11,829 nt of DNA from Candidatus Sigynarchaeum calidifontis (GTDB lineage: Archaea > Asgardarchaeota > Lokiarchaeia > Sigyniarchaeales > Sigyniarchaeaceae): positions 1 through 11,829 of the forward strand of contig JAUQYZ020000054.1 in the NCBI GenBank assembly GCA_030587475.2, written 5' to 3'. Under the pieces are notes generated by a model. The model was not told where the DNA came from. It searched no databases and saw nothing but the letters and a program-made list of their open reading frames with translations. Below are positions 1 through 7,387 of the stretch, in pieces. Numbering within the stretch: position 1 is the first letter of the stretch; every line of letters begins with the position of its first letter. The position numbers and the translations under genes were made by a program.

Positions 1-2
1 AG

Positions 3-257
3 GAGAGTCAATTTAACAAGCTCAAGACATTCGTGTATCAGAAACTCGCGATCATGAAGATCGACCCGAGGGTCGTGACGCTCGGTCTCCACCGCAAGGA
101 GGGATTTCAAGACAACACGTTGACCGGCTATTTCGGGGAAAACTTTTTCCACGACCCGCTATTGAAGGATTTGATTGCAAGATTCGGACCACCTGGCGAA
201 TTGCGGCCAGAGGATCTCGTGAAAAGCAGAAAACATGATGACGATCCCGTGTCATGA
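3..257 (+). CDS. 3' end of a hypothetical protein running in from the left edge
   Basis: The frame is open from position 3 (ESQFNKLKTFVYQKLAIMKIDPRVV...KHDDDPVS*) to TGA at 255-257, with protein-like composition. No motif recognised. Confidence 0.6.
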   Translation, partial: ESQFNKLKTFVYQKLAIMKIDPRVVTLGLHRKEGFQDNTLTGYFGENFFHDPLLKDLIARFGPPGELRPEDLVKSRKHDDDPVS

Positions 258-438
258 ACGAGGATCGTGCGGTGGAGGATCCGGGCAGCTCGAGGATCGA
301 CGGGCTTCTTTTCCTTGTCCTCGCGGGCTCGTGGACCGGCTTGAAATCCCGGGCATTCGCCTTTCTTGAAATCATGCTCTCTGACGAAATCATTTCCCTT
401 GAAATCGAGCCGTCATGGTTCCCTTTCCTCGCGCAACG

Positions 439-445
439 TTTAAAT
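439..445 (+). promoter_or_regulatory. Putative archaeal TATA box (TTTAAAT)
   Basis: AT-rich island about 25 nt upstream of ATG 470, the spacing expected for a leaderless archaeal transcript. Confidence 0.5.
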
Positions 446-469
446 CTCGGAACCAGGCAATGTTTCATC

Positions 470-1276
470 ATGGCCATCATAAACCCGGACAAGTTTGTTG
501 CCGGCGGGATCCACGACATCATCTGGAGTTGCCTGGAACTCGGCATTTTCATCATCTTCATCATCTTTGGCCTGTATTACTTGAGATCATGGGTGAAAAC
601 GCGGGCGAGCAACGTGATCCAGGGCCATTTCAACCTCGCCTACACGCTGTTTTTCCTCATCTTGTCGGTCAACCAGCTGTTCTACCTCGCCGATGCCGAC
701 GTGATGTTCACGGAACTCGGTCCTTTCCTTTCCGCGCCGATGCAAATCGTCCTGGTCGTCATCGGGGTCGGTATATACGAGCCAGCCTTCCAGATCGTTT
801 ACATGTTTCTATTGTTCCTCTTGCCATTCTTCTGCATCATGTTCCCGACCGAGAGATACTTGTTGAACCGCAAGAAATGCCCGATCTCGATCCTCATGGC
901 GATCACGATCGTCCTCGTGAGTGCAATGCTCGTCATCGCACATCTTGTCCCGGACGTGACCCTGGCCGGGGACGCCTTGTATAACACCCTCGTCGTCCTG
1001 CATCCCGCGGTCGTGCTGTGCGTGCTCCTCTCCTTCGCCATCGGGTTGATCGGCGGCGTCTGGATCTACATCATGCTCGGCATCAAAACGACCGGCGAGC
1101 TCCGGAAGAAATCGTTCGCCACCGCCGTCGGGTTCATCGTCTGGTTCTTGTCGGTCGTCGTCGGCAACTTGCTCAAGGGCGAGCTTTCGAAATGGTCGCC
1201 GTTCGCGATACTGCTCGGGCCGGCCTTGTTCTACGCGGGCACGTTCCTGCTGATGTATTCCTTCATGAAAAAGTGA
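470..1276 (+). CDS. Seven-transmembrane membrane protein (268 aa), Asgard-type uncharacterised 7TM
   Basis: Within ORF 254..1276; start moved to ATG 470 because of the TATA box at 439. About 7 hydrophobic helices (WSCLELGIFIIFIIFGLYYL ... FAILLGPALFYAGTFLLMYSF) with basic cytoplasmic loops (KTRAS, NRKK, KTTGELRKKS). Confidence 0.8.
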   Translation: MAIINPDKFVAGGIHDIIWSCLELGIFIIFIIFGLYYLRSWVKTRASNVIQGHFNLAYTLFFLILSVNQLFYLADADVMFTELGPFLSAPMQIVLVVIGVGIYEPAFQIVYMFLLFLLPFFCIMFPTERYLLNRKKCPISILMAITIVLVSAMLVIAHLVPDVTLAGDALYNTLVVLHPAVVLCVLLSFAIGLIGGVWIYIMLGIKTTGELRKKSFATAVGFIVWFLSVVVGNLLKGELSKWSPFAILLGPALFYAGTFLLMYSFMKK

Positions 1277-1305
1277 TCGAGCCGACACATGACGGTGAAC
1301 GAACG

Positions 1306-1950
1306 ATGCCACCCGATTTTTTCACGAGGTTCGCGGTCATTATGGCATTCCTGGGCGTCGGCCTGTTCATCCTCCTCATCTCCACCGCGGTGGTGCTGTT
1401 CCCTTTCCCGTGGAACGCGGTGGACGATTCATTCAGCGACCTGGGCAGCATCTTGACAGGAAACTACGCCGCCGGGTTCTTCGCCGCGAGCTTGTCCCTC
1501 GGTGCCGTGTCGTGGATGCCCGTCGTCCTGGTATACGTGAGGGCGCTCCTGGCGAATTGGAAGGGGTGCAAGCAGGTATGCGGGTTGCTTGGCTTCATGT
1601 TCCAGCTCGCCGGTCGCGCGATCGCGGTCGTCGTCTGCATGTTCCCCACGCAGCCGTGGCACAAGGTACACGATTACATCGCCGCGGCATGGCTCGGTTG
1701 CGAGATCGTCGGGCTGGTATTCATCGCGATCGAGATGTGCCGCGGAAGGAAGGACATGGCGTGGGGTTTCATCCCGTTCGTGTTGATCTTCGTGGGCGTC
1801 GCTTTTTGGCTGCCATACGTGCTCGGAATCTGGGGCGGCATCGCGATCCCCGAGATCGCGTCCATGGTCCTCGTGTATTCGTATTCCATGGCACTCTGGG
1901 CCAGGGCATGGCAAGGGAAGGTAGCTATCGGGGTTGCAAGGACCAAATGA
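1306..1950 (+). CDS. DUF998 / Frag1-DRAM-Sfk1-like membrane protein (214 aa)
   Basis: GGTGA SD at 1294-1298, ATG 1306. About 6 TM helices, SDLG motif after TM1, FP...H...A pattern (MFPTQPWHKVHDYIAA) and a C-terminal PE, all typical of DUF998-like proteins. Confidence 0.75.
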   Translation: MPPDFFTRFAVIMAFLGVGLFILLISTAVVLFPFPWNAVDDSFSDLGSILTGNYAAGFFAASLSLGAVSWMPVVLVYVRALLANWKGCKQVCGLLGFMFQLAGRAIAVVVCMFPTQPWHKVHDYIAAAWLGCEIVGLVFIAIEMCRGRKDMAWGFIPFVLIFVGVAFWLPYVLGIWGGIAIPEIASMVLVYSYSMALWARAWQGKVAIGVARTK

Positions 1951-2150
1951 CGCATGAAGGTATCGCGCGTGATGATGCCAAAGAGAGACCCGGACACAAG
2001 CGGCACGGAAAGGTCTCATGCAAGGACCATATAATGTATACAGTTAATGGTGATGATGTTAGAGAAACCTCGATGCGCTCGTAAAAGGTTCGAGCACGTC
2101 GGGAGCGTGATGGGATACCGATTCACGAGAAATGGCAAATTTGAAGGCGT

Positions 2151-3098
2151 ATGAGCTCGCACGTGAACAACGAGAAAAGGATGGTGATGCGCGTGTTCAT
2201 TTCGATACACGCGGCTTGCATGATTCTCTATCTCGTTACCCTCCTTTACAGCGCGCTGGGCACCCATCCACCCGCGCTCGTTTTGCGGGCCTACCGGTGG
2301 TACACCGAGCCCGTGTTCCCGACGGAACTGGTCGAAGGAACCGCGAACGCGGTGTTTTTCGTCGCTGCTACGATGATATCGTTCAAGGCAAGGAGAAAGC
2401 ACGTGGAAAATAAGAAGATAGCACCGCTCCTCCTGTCGATGACTTTTTTTTCATGGGCAGTCGCGATCGGGTTCCAATTATTCGGTTCGATATTCACGTG
2501 CGAGATCGCGGATGCAACATCCCAGGTATTAGAAACGGCTCTGAAATTTGCCCCGTTTCTCTTTCTTTCGGTAGGTGTTCTCTTCGTCGTTCTTTTCGTC
2601 ATTGAAATTTTCGAGGGCGGCGTTTTCGTGGGAAAAAACAGGGCCAAGATCGGTTTTTTCTCGGTGATCAACATCGTTTTGATCTGCATGCTCGGCTTGA
2701 TCGTGCTTGGCCGCATGTTCGTCCCGATATCGAGCGAGATGGCGAGCTCGATTGCGCCGGTACTCCTCATCGCGGCCGTGGGATTAGGTGGCATTGGTTT
2801 TCTCGCATCGTCCATCATCCAGGTAAAATCGAGCGTTTCCTTGCTGAAAAAGACCCGAGAACCAGCGACACGAAGAGGTATCATGCTCATCGGCATCGCC
2901 GGGTTGATATTGATCGGCTGGTTCGCATCGGAATTGACCGAAGCTATACTCTGGATGGTTTACCCCGACACCGCCAACCGATGCTTCGCGATCGACGTTT
3001 TCATGATTACCAGTTCCGTATTACTTGTTCTCGGTGGCATTCTCGTGTATTCCGGATACATATATCCCGCGATGCGGACGAGGGACAAGAACAATTAA
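2151..3098 (+). CDS. Polytopic membrane protein (315 aa): an N-terminal helix plus a 7TM-like core
   Basis: About 8 hydrophobic segments; basic loops (KARRKHVENKK, KKTREPATRRG) and a C-terminal YSGYIYP. Layout resembles 470..1276. Confidence 0.8.
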   Translation: MSSHVNNEKRMVMRVFISIHAACMILYLVTLLYSALGTHPPALVLRAYRWYTEPVFPTELVEGTANAVFFVAATMISFKARRKHVENKKIAPLLLSMTFFSWAVAIGFQLFGSIFTCEIADATSQVLETALKFAPFLFLSVGVLFVVLFVIEIFEGGVFVGKNRAKIGFFSVINIVLICMLGLIVLGRMFVPISSEMASSIAPVLLIAAVGLGGIGFLASSIIQVKSSVSLLKKTREPATRRGIMLIGIAGLILIGWFASELTEAILWMVYPDTANRCFAIDVFMITSSVLLVLGGILVYSGYIYPAMRTRDKNN

Positions 3099-3099
3099 C

Positions 3100-3226
3100 G
3101 TGTCCATCCCTGTCCTCATCGAGATCGTTGGAAATCAAGCCACGACAAAGAAGAAGGCTGGCAATAACCGTGCTAATGAGGATCGATACCTTTCTTGGCT
3201 TCTGTTTTTTTGGATGAGGCGTTCAT
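3100..3226 (-). pseudogene. Possible 5' stump of a secreted/membrane protein gene (signal-peptide-like)
   Basis: On the minus strand: TATA-like TTTTTTATTT (3290-3281), GAGGAG (3241-3236), ATG 3226. Removing one A from the A7 run (plus-strand T7 at 3205-3211) gives MNASSKKQKPRKVSILISTVIASLLL, a basic n-region plus hydrophobic h-region. Confidence 0.3.
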
Positions 3227-3395
3227 TAACGAGATCTCCTCTTTTGGACTAACTATTTCCCATTATTCGGCATGATTATCAAATAAAAAAGTTTCTCGCT
3301 CGGGCGATGAAACCTACATGCCTCCCTCAGCATGTTCGAGCCGCAAAGCGCACAAATCTCGTGGGCTTGTAACAGGAGACGACGAGCCCATCATG

Positions 3396-3530
3396 CCCGT
3401 TCGACATCGACAACGTAACCAACTGCGAGTTCGCAAACTGGAGATCAATGCCGAGCGCATGGCGAAGCACCCGTTCGACATCACGAGGCAACCAACTGCG
3501 ATGGAGGCCAAAATCCGCCCCGCAGCGACA
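3396..3530 (+). repeat. Degenerate tandem duplication, period 74 bp
   Basis: CCCGTTCGACATC at 3396-3408 and 3470-3482; AACCAACTGCGA at 3417-3428 and 3490-3501. Weaker similarity continues downstream (TGGAG..CAA..CCG...GCGA). Confidence 0.8.
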
Positions 3531-3542
3531 CGTGGTGAACGA

Positions 3543-3556
3543 ATAAATCCTTAATA
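3543..3556 (+). promoter_or_regulatory. Putative BRE/TATA promoter (ATAAATCCTTAATA)
   Basis: AT-rich element with TTAATA at 3551-3556, about 22-27 nt upstream of ATG 3578. Confidence 0.4.
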
Positions 3557-3648
3557 CACCAGACTTGAAAGGATACCATGGCAGGAAAAAATCAAGCCGT
3601 TGATGGTGCATTATCACGGGAAAAAAAACGATCGCCTTACCCTTCGTC

Positions 3649-4704
3649 TTGATGTTCGCCTTGCTCGCTATCGACACCTTGAATCTATTCCAACATGCCA
3701 GTGCCCAGAGCCCGGGCCAGGAAAAGGTCCCGACGCCGAACATCATGCAAATCCACCACTACAACAACGATGCCGGGAACGAGTTCCAGCACGAGTATTG
3801 GTCACTCACGATGCGATGTGGAGACACGCTGTTGAACTTGATCGCTGACAATGCGACCCGAAAGTCGGAAGCTCGCGTGTCGGTCACCTACCAGCAGAAC
3901 ACGCAATATTTCGTCGGGGGCATCAACTACATCGCGAGCCTCCAGATCGTGGACATTGCATTCGTGATCGGGAACCAGACGGTCGCCACGAACTTGACAA
4001 ACTGCGCCGGGTTCGTGTTAACGTACACGCCGGTTACATACAACGGCCCGGTGCCGGGGTTTGATTGCAACATCACGTTCGACCACGTCCAGGTCTATCC
4101 TGGCACCGGTCGCGATTCGACGTTCGACCTGTCGGTGATCCACCACGTCAACGTGGACTGGACGCGATCGACCATCATCACGGAGGCACTTTTCAATTTC
4201 ACGAACACGCGCTTGTACGGGTCCAACGGCAGCGAGTTTGCCCCGGCCACCCCCTTTTGCACGGAAATCCATTATGGCATGTCATTGAACGATCAAACCC
4301 ACGACATCGGGATTGCCCCCTCGGGGCACACCGATACCCGCTTGGAATACAACATCACGCGCGAGAACGGCGCTCCATTGAACGTGGCGAGATTGAACAT
4401 GAACAACAACTTTACCGTGCGCAACGCCAGCGGGAGCTTCGGCCAGATCGGGTATTCATCGATGGCAGTGGGGCCGCAATCGGCGACCGCGACGCACGGC
4501 TTTCCGGGGCTACAGTACAAGAACGTCGCCTCGATCAAGAGCGACCCGGATCTCCAGGTCACCTACGACCGGATCGGCGTGCCGCTGGATCCCCTCGCCA
4601 TTGCCTTGATTATCTTGGCAGCCGGCGCCGCTGCAGCGACATGCGTGATTCTCGTTACAAGGTGGAGAAAGATGAGGGCAAGAACAAGGTCGATCACTCG
4701 ATAA
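3649..4704 (+). CDS. Secreted cell-surface glycoprotein with C-terminal membrane anchor; the true start is probably upstream (3578 or 3603), across an A8 frameshift
   Basis: Signal peptide ending ASA|Q; Asn/Thr-rich beta-type ectodomain with 9 N-x-S/T sequons (NAT, NQT, NLT, NIT, NFT, NGS, NIT, NFT, NAS); C-terminal TM helix (PLAIALIILAAGAAAATCVILV) followed by a basic stop-transfer tail (RWRKMRAR). Confidence 0.8.
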   Translation: MMFALLAIDTLNLFQHASAQSPGQEKVPTPNIMQIHHYNNDAGNEFQHEYWSLTMRCGDTLLNLIADNATRKSEARVSVTYQQNTQYFVGGINYIASLQIVDIAFVIGNQTVATNLTNCAGFVLTYTPVTYNGPVPGFDCNITFDHVQVYPGTGRDSTFDLSVIHHVNVDWTRSTIITEALFNFTNTRLYGSNGSEFAPATPFCTEIHYGMSLNDQTHDIGIAPSGHTDTRLEYNITRENGAPLNVARLNMNNNFTVRNASGSFGQIGYSSMAVGPQSATATHGFPGLQYKNVASIKSDPDLQVTYDRIGVPLDPLAIALIILAAGAAAATCVILVTRWRKMRARTRSITR

Positions 4705-4933
4705 TTACTTGTTTTCATCCCTTCTGCGCGCGCACCCGTGAAAACGCTCGTGGGGCATCACGCGCCACGTCCAAGACTCGATCGACGAGCGCCGCGTCGC
4801 ACGTGCTGGTCGACCTGGAAGACCGGCGCATCCCCTATCGCGAAGCCTGGACGGCTCCGCCGGCCGTCATGGCTCCGATAATCGTCGCGATCGCCGGCAC
4901 GTGGTCACGTGCACGTTTTTACGGCAGAATATC

Positions 4934-4940
4934 TATATAA
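4934..4940 (+). promoter_or_regulatory. Putative TATA box (TATATAA)
   Basis: Consensus-like TATA in GC-rich intergenic DNA upstream of the microprotein and DENN-like genes. Confidence 0.4.
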
Positions 4941-5087
4941 GTCGTGACCAACCAGGTACAATTGCTGCCAGTTGGTGGGAAAACGGCAATGGTGTTGGCT
5001 TGGTTGGCTCGCTGCATCGGTAAGGATATAACCGATTTCCTGGGAACCTGCCCTCAGACGAAACCGATATCTCGAAGGGAAAGAAAG

Positions 5088-5234
5088 ATGAGGCTTGTCA
5101 AGCATTCCACGACGGTCTATTGCCCGCGATGCGGCGCGGGGGCGCGCATGACATGGCAAGACGGGAATGACGAGTATTGCATGGCATGCCGGAAAGAATT
5201 CAAGACGGGCAAGGAGATGGCGAGCAAGCGCTGA
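5088..5234 (+). CDS. CPxCG-type zinc-finger microprotein, copy 1 (48 aa, intact)
   Basis: MRLVKHSTTVYCPRCGAGARMTWQDGNDEYCMACRKEFKTGKEMASKR: two CxxC knuckles. Start is fixed by colinear alignment with two paralogs in this window. Confidence 0.8.
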   Translation: MRLVKHSTTVYCPRCGAGARMTWQDGNDEYCMACRKEFKTGKEMASKR

Positions 5235-5400
5235 GCGGTGGCTGGTGGCCGGTGCATGGCAAGAGAACGCGTCGCGTCGCGGTTGAAAAAACGGCGTGAT
5301 CGTGGACGGACGCGTGCCTCGCGATGGCGGGTCAACCCAGGCCCCGATTGCTGCAGTCTCCGAGCTGAGCAAACATCGATAAGCGGTCCTGGTGATGCCG

Positions 5401-6189
5401 ATGGACGACAATGGCCGAAAATCAATCCATGTCCAATGCCCGGCGTGTGGCCTGAAACAGGAAGTGGACGTGCCGGCGGCTCTCATCAAGGAGAACATCA
5501 AGGGCGTTTCTACCATAGCGATACGTGCGCGATGCGGGCATGGCTTCCACATTTACGTCGACAAGAATTTCGCGATCCGTGGCTACCAGCGAAGTGATTA
5601 CGATGTCATGGCAATCGATGTCGAGACGAACCCGGTGCAGAACTACAGCCTGCCCGGCATCGTCAAGATGTTCGGGGAGGAGCCGTTCGCCCTCGCCATG
5701 CGCGCGATCTTGTTGAACCAGAAAGCCATCATCATCGGCAGCGACCAGCAGATTCTCAAGTCGCTTTTCATCAATTTCATCTCGCTCTTCGAGAAAGAAC
5801 TCCAGGACTCCGCGGAAACCATCGAGATCATGTCAAAGGAGGAATTCGAGCACCAGAATCCCCTGCAATACCAGGGCATCCTCGTGATCGACCTCGATTT
5901 CTCGGTCGTGAAGAACAACCCCTTCCAGAACGAGAAGGCAAAAATCGAGAGAGAACTCCTGAAACAATGCTTGAACATCAAGAACGTCGAGAAACAAAAG
6001 GACGAGTTCAAGGAACGCATCTCCAGGATCTTCTTGTACGCCAACGTCATGCTGAATTTCATCTACCAGGGGATGGACAACTTCAAGGACATCAAGAACA
6101 CGATGAAAAAGAAGGACAAGAACATCTCCCAGGACGAGCTCGACCTGGCATGGATGGTCGCGACCTCGCGCTATAAAAGGCTGTTGTAG
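5401..6189 (+). CDS. N-terminal zinc finger (CPAC...CGH) fused to a DENN-core-like domain (262 aa)
   Basis: GGTGA SD at 5391-5395, ATG 5401. CPACG...CGHGFHIYVDKNFAIRGYQ zinc module, then FGEEPFALAMRAILLNQKAIIIGSDQQILKSLFINFISLF and LVIDLD, which resemble cDENN patterns by eye. The CDS is solid; the domain call is inference. Confidence 0.75.
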   Translation: MDDNGRKSIHVQCPACGLKQEVDVPAALIKENIKGVSTIAIRARCGHGFHIYVDKNFAIRGYQRSDYDVMAIDVETNPVQNYSLPGIVKMFGEEPFALAMRAILLNQKAIIIGSDQQILKSLFINFISLFEKELQDSAETIEIMSKEEFEHQNPLQYQGILVIDLDFSVVKNNPFQNEKAKIERELLKQCLNIKNVEKQKDEFKERISRIFLYANVMLNFIYQGMDNFKDIKNTMKKKDKNISQDELDLAWMVATSRYKRLL

Positions 6190-6202
6190 GTGATCAGAAC
6201 CA

Positions 6203-6264
6203 GGGTCGCGCCGTTGCGAGAGTCGTAATTCGTGCGAAAAACGCGGCGCGCCCATAACTTTTTT
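6203..6264 (+). terminator. Stem-loop plus oligo-T, terminator-like
   Basis: GGG(T)CGCGCCG (6203-6213) pairs with CGGCGCGCCC (6244-6253); T6 at 6259-6264; starts 14 nt after stop 6189. Confidence 0.45.
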
Positions 6265-6438
6265 AACACGTTTTTGTAAGGGAGGAAGAGAAGTGGACAC
6301 GGATCGGGTATTAACGATCGAATAGCGGATCTCGGTGACCCACGAGCGCACGATGTCGTACCGGGACGGACACCCCCACGACGTCCGACCGACCTGCTGG
6401 CCAGAATTTCGACCGATAGCGAATAATAACGAGATGTT

Positions 6439-6620
6439 CCAAAAAAAACAAACCACGGGTGGAACACCGGTTTCGGCCAGGGTTCCTTTTTTTATAGCGA
6501 GCCCTCATGGCCGCGCCCCTTGGCTAAGCCGTGAGGCCTGTTGTCGCTACATCGCCCTCCCCTCTCCCCTCAAAGAACCGGGTGTACCGCTTCTTGGGAA
6601 ATTTTATTTGTTTTTCCTGG
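6439..6620. other. Nested inverted-repeat element (candidate structured RNA or MITE-like remnant)
   Basis: Four nested arm pairs: 6439-6452/6607-6620 (12/14), 6459-6474/6575-6590 (imperfect), 6495-6500/6544-6549 (6/6), 6503-6511/6528-6536 (9 bp with one GU). Confidence 0.4.
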
Positions 6621-6978
6621 CGTGCTCGTGTTCTACCCGCTCTACCCTTTTCAAGCAAATTCGCTTGCAATGGATGACGCTCACGCCCGCGATGGCATTG
6701 GTGATTCATCGCACAGATCTCGCGCCAAGCCAGGCGCCAATTTGGCCCGTAATATGGGCATTCACGCTCGAGGCCCACGTTCGCGTCGATGCCGGCGCCA
6801 GCAGCGCGGCACAGCCCTATCCCGGCTCGTGTCATGTTGCTGCCCATGAAGATCCACGCTGGTCGAGAGGCTTTGATCGGGATCGATCGCGTGGTAACAT
6901 CAAATGCTGCAAAAGCGATCCGGTGACATTGCCATGGTTACCAACCCGGCCAAGCCGGAGCCATGCAGGTGACGAACC

Positions 6979-7119
6979 ACGCGATATACACGTCATTCAA
7001 AGATCGTTCGCTGCCCCTGGTGCCACGTGGGGTCGACGATAACGCGCCAGGACGAGGGCGGCGAGTATTGCATCTCGTGCAAGCGGGACTTGAAGACCGG
7101 GAAGCCGATGGCGCGGTGA
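6979..7119 (+). CDS. Zinc-finger microprotein, copy 2 (46 aa), with ACG at the start position
   Basis: (ACG)RYTRHSKIVRCPWCHVGSTITRQDEGGEYCISCKRDLKTGKPMAR* aligns to copy 1 without gaps. GGTGA SD at 6968-6972; the in-frame TGA at 6970-6972 rules out an upstream start. Absent from the ORF track. Confidence 0.7.
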   Translation, partial: TRYTRHSKIVRCPWCHVGSTITRQDEGGEYCISCKRDLKTGKPMAR

Positions 7120-7143
7120 CGGGTCGCGGCCGGCGGATGTGCA

Positions 7144-7167
7144 ACGCCAGCCGGTTATGGCTGGCGT
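7144..7167 (+). terminator. Perfect 9-bp hairpin downstream of microprotein copy 2
   Basis: ACGCCAGCC-ggttat-GGCTGGCGT. No T-tract follows, so a terminator role is uncertain. Confidence 0.35.
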
Positions 7168-7180
7168 GGTCAGCCAGGCG

Positions 7181-7384
7181 GTGATGGATGTCATGATGCC
7201 GGGCATCGACGGGATCGAGGCGATCAAGCGCATCAAGGGAATGAAACCTGGCGTCAAGGTCATCCTCATGACCGCGCATGCTTCCAGCGCCACGGATGTC
7301 GCGGCCAATGAGGAAGGGGCGGCGGCCATGCTCTACAAGCCGGTCGACCTGGATCGGATAGCGGCATTGCTGAGGACGGGGTGA
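7181..7384 (+). pseudogene. N-terminally truncated CheY-like receiver domain
   Basis: VMDVMMPGIDGIEAIKRIK...VILMTAH...MLYKPVDLDRI keeps the phospho-Asp, Thr and KP but lacks the beta1 acidic pair and alpha1-beta2-alpha2. Confidence 0.75.
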
Positions 7385-7387
7385 TGG

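Noticed and set aside
254-469. N-terminal extensions given by the ORF track (starts 254, 1018, 4944, 7629, 8901)
   Set aside because: Downstream starts fit TATA/SD placement, domain boundaries or paralog alignment better.
1935-2029. 11-bp direct repeat TGCAAGGACCA (1935-1945 and 2019-2029) as a possible target-site duplication
   Set aside because: No terminal inverted repeats directly inside the repeats and no other support; may be chance.
3396-3501. CRISPR-like geometry (32-33 nt repeats, 41 nt gap)
   Set aside because: Only two units with divergent middles; the gap resembles the sequence after unit 2 (tandem duplication); no cas genes.
5232-5597. In-frame TGA followed by open ORF 5238..5597: possible selenocysteine or readthrough
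   Set aside because: The paralogs end at about the same place, the TGA is not at a Cys position, the extension is Arg-rich and overlaps the 5401 gene, and no SECIS was identified.
6281-7042. GGAGG plus GTG 6293, in-frame TAG, then ORF 6335..7042 (possible pyrrolysine or pseudogene)
   Set aside because: The translation has no recognisable motif and runs through homopolymers, the fold-back element and copy 2.
6963-7184. ORF containing VDDNAPGRGRRVLHLVQAG looked like the missing N-terminal half of the 7181 receiver, joined by a -1 frameshift
   Set aside because: The same bases encode microprotein copy 2 in another frame with a gapless paralog match, so the VDD is coincidental.
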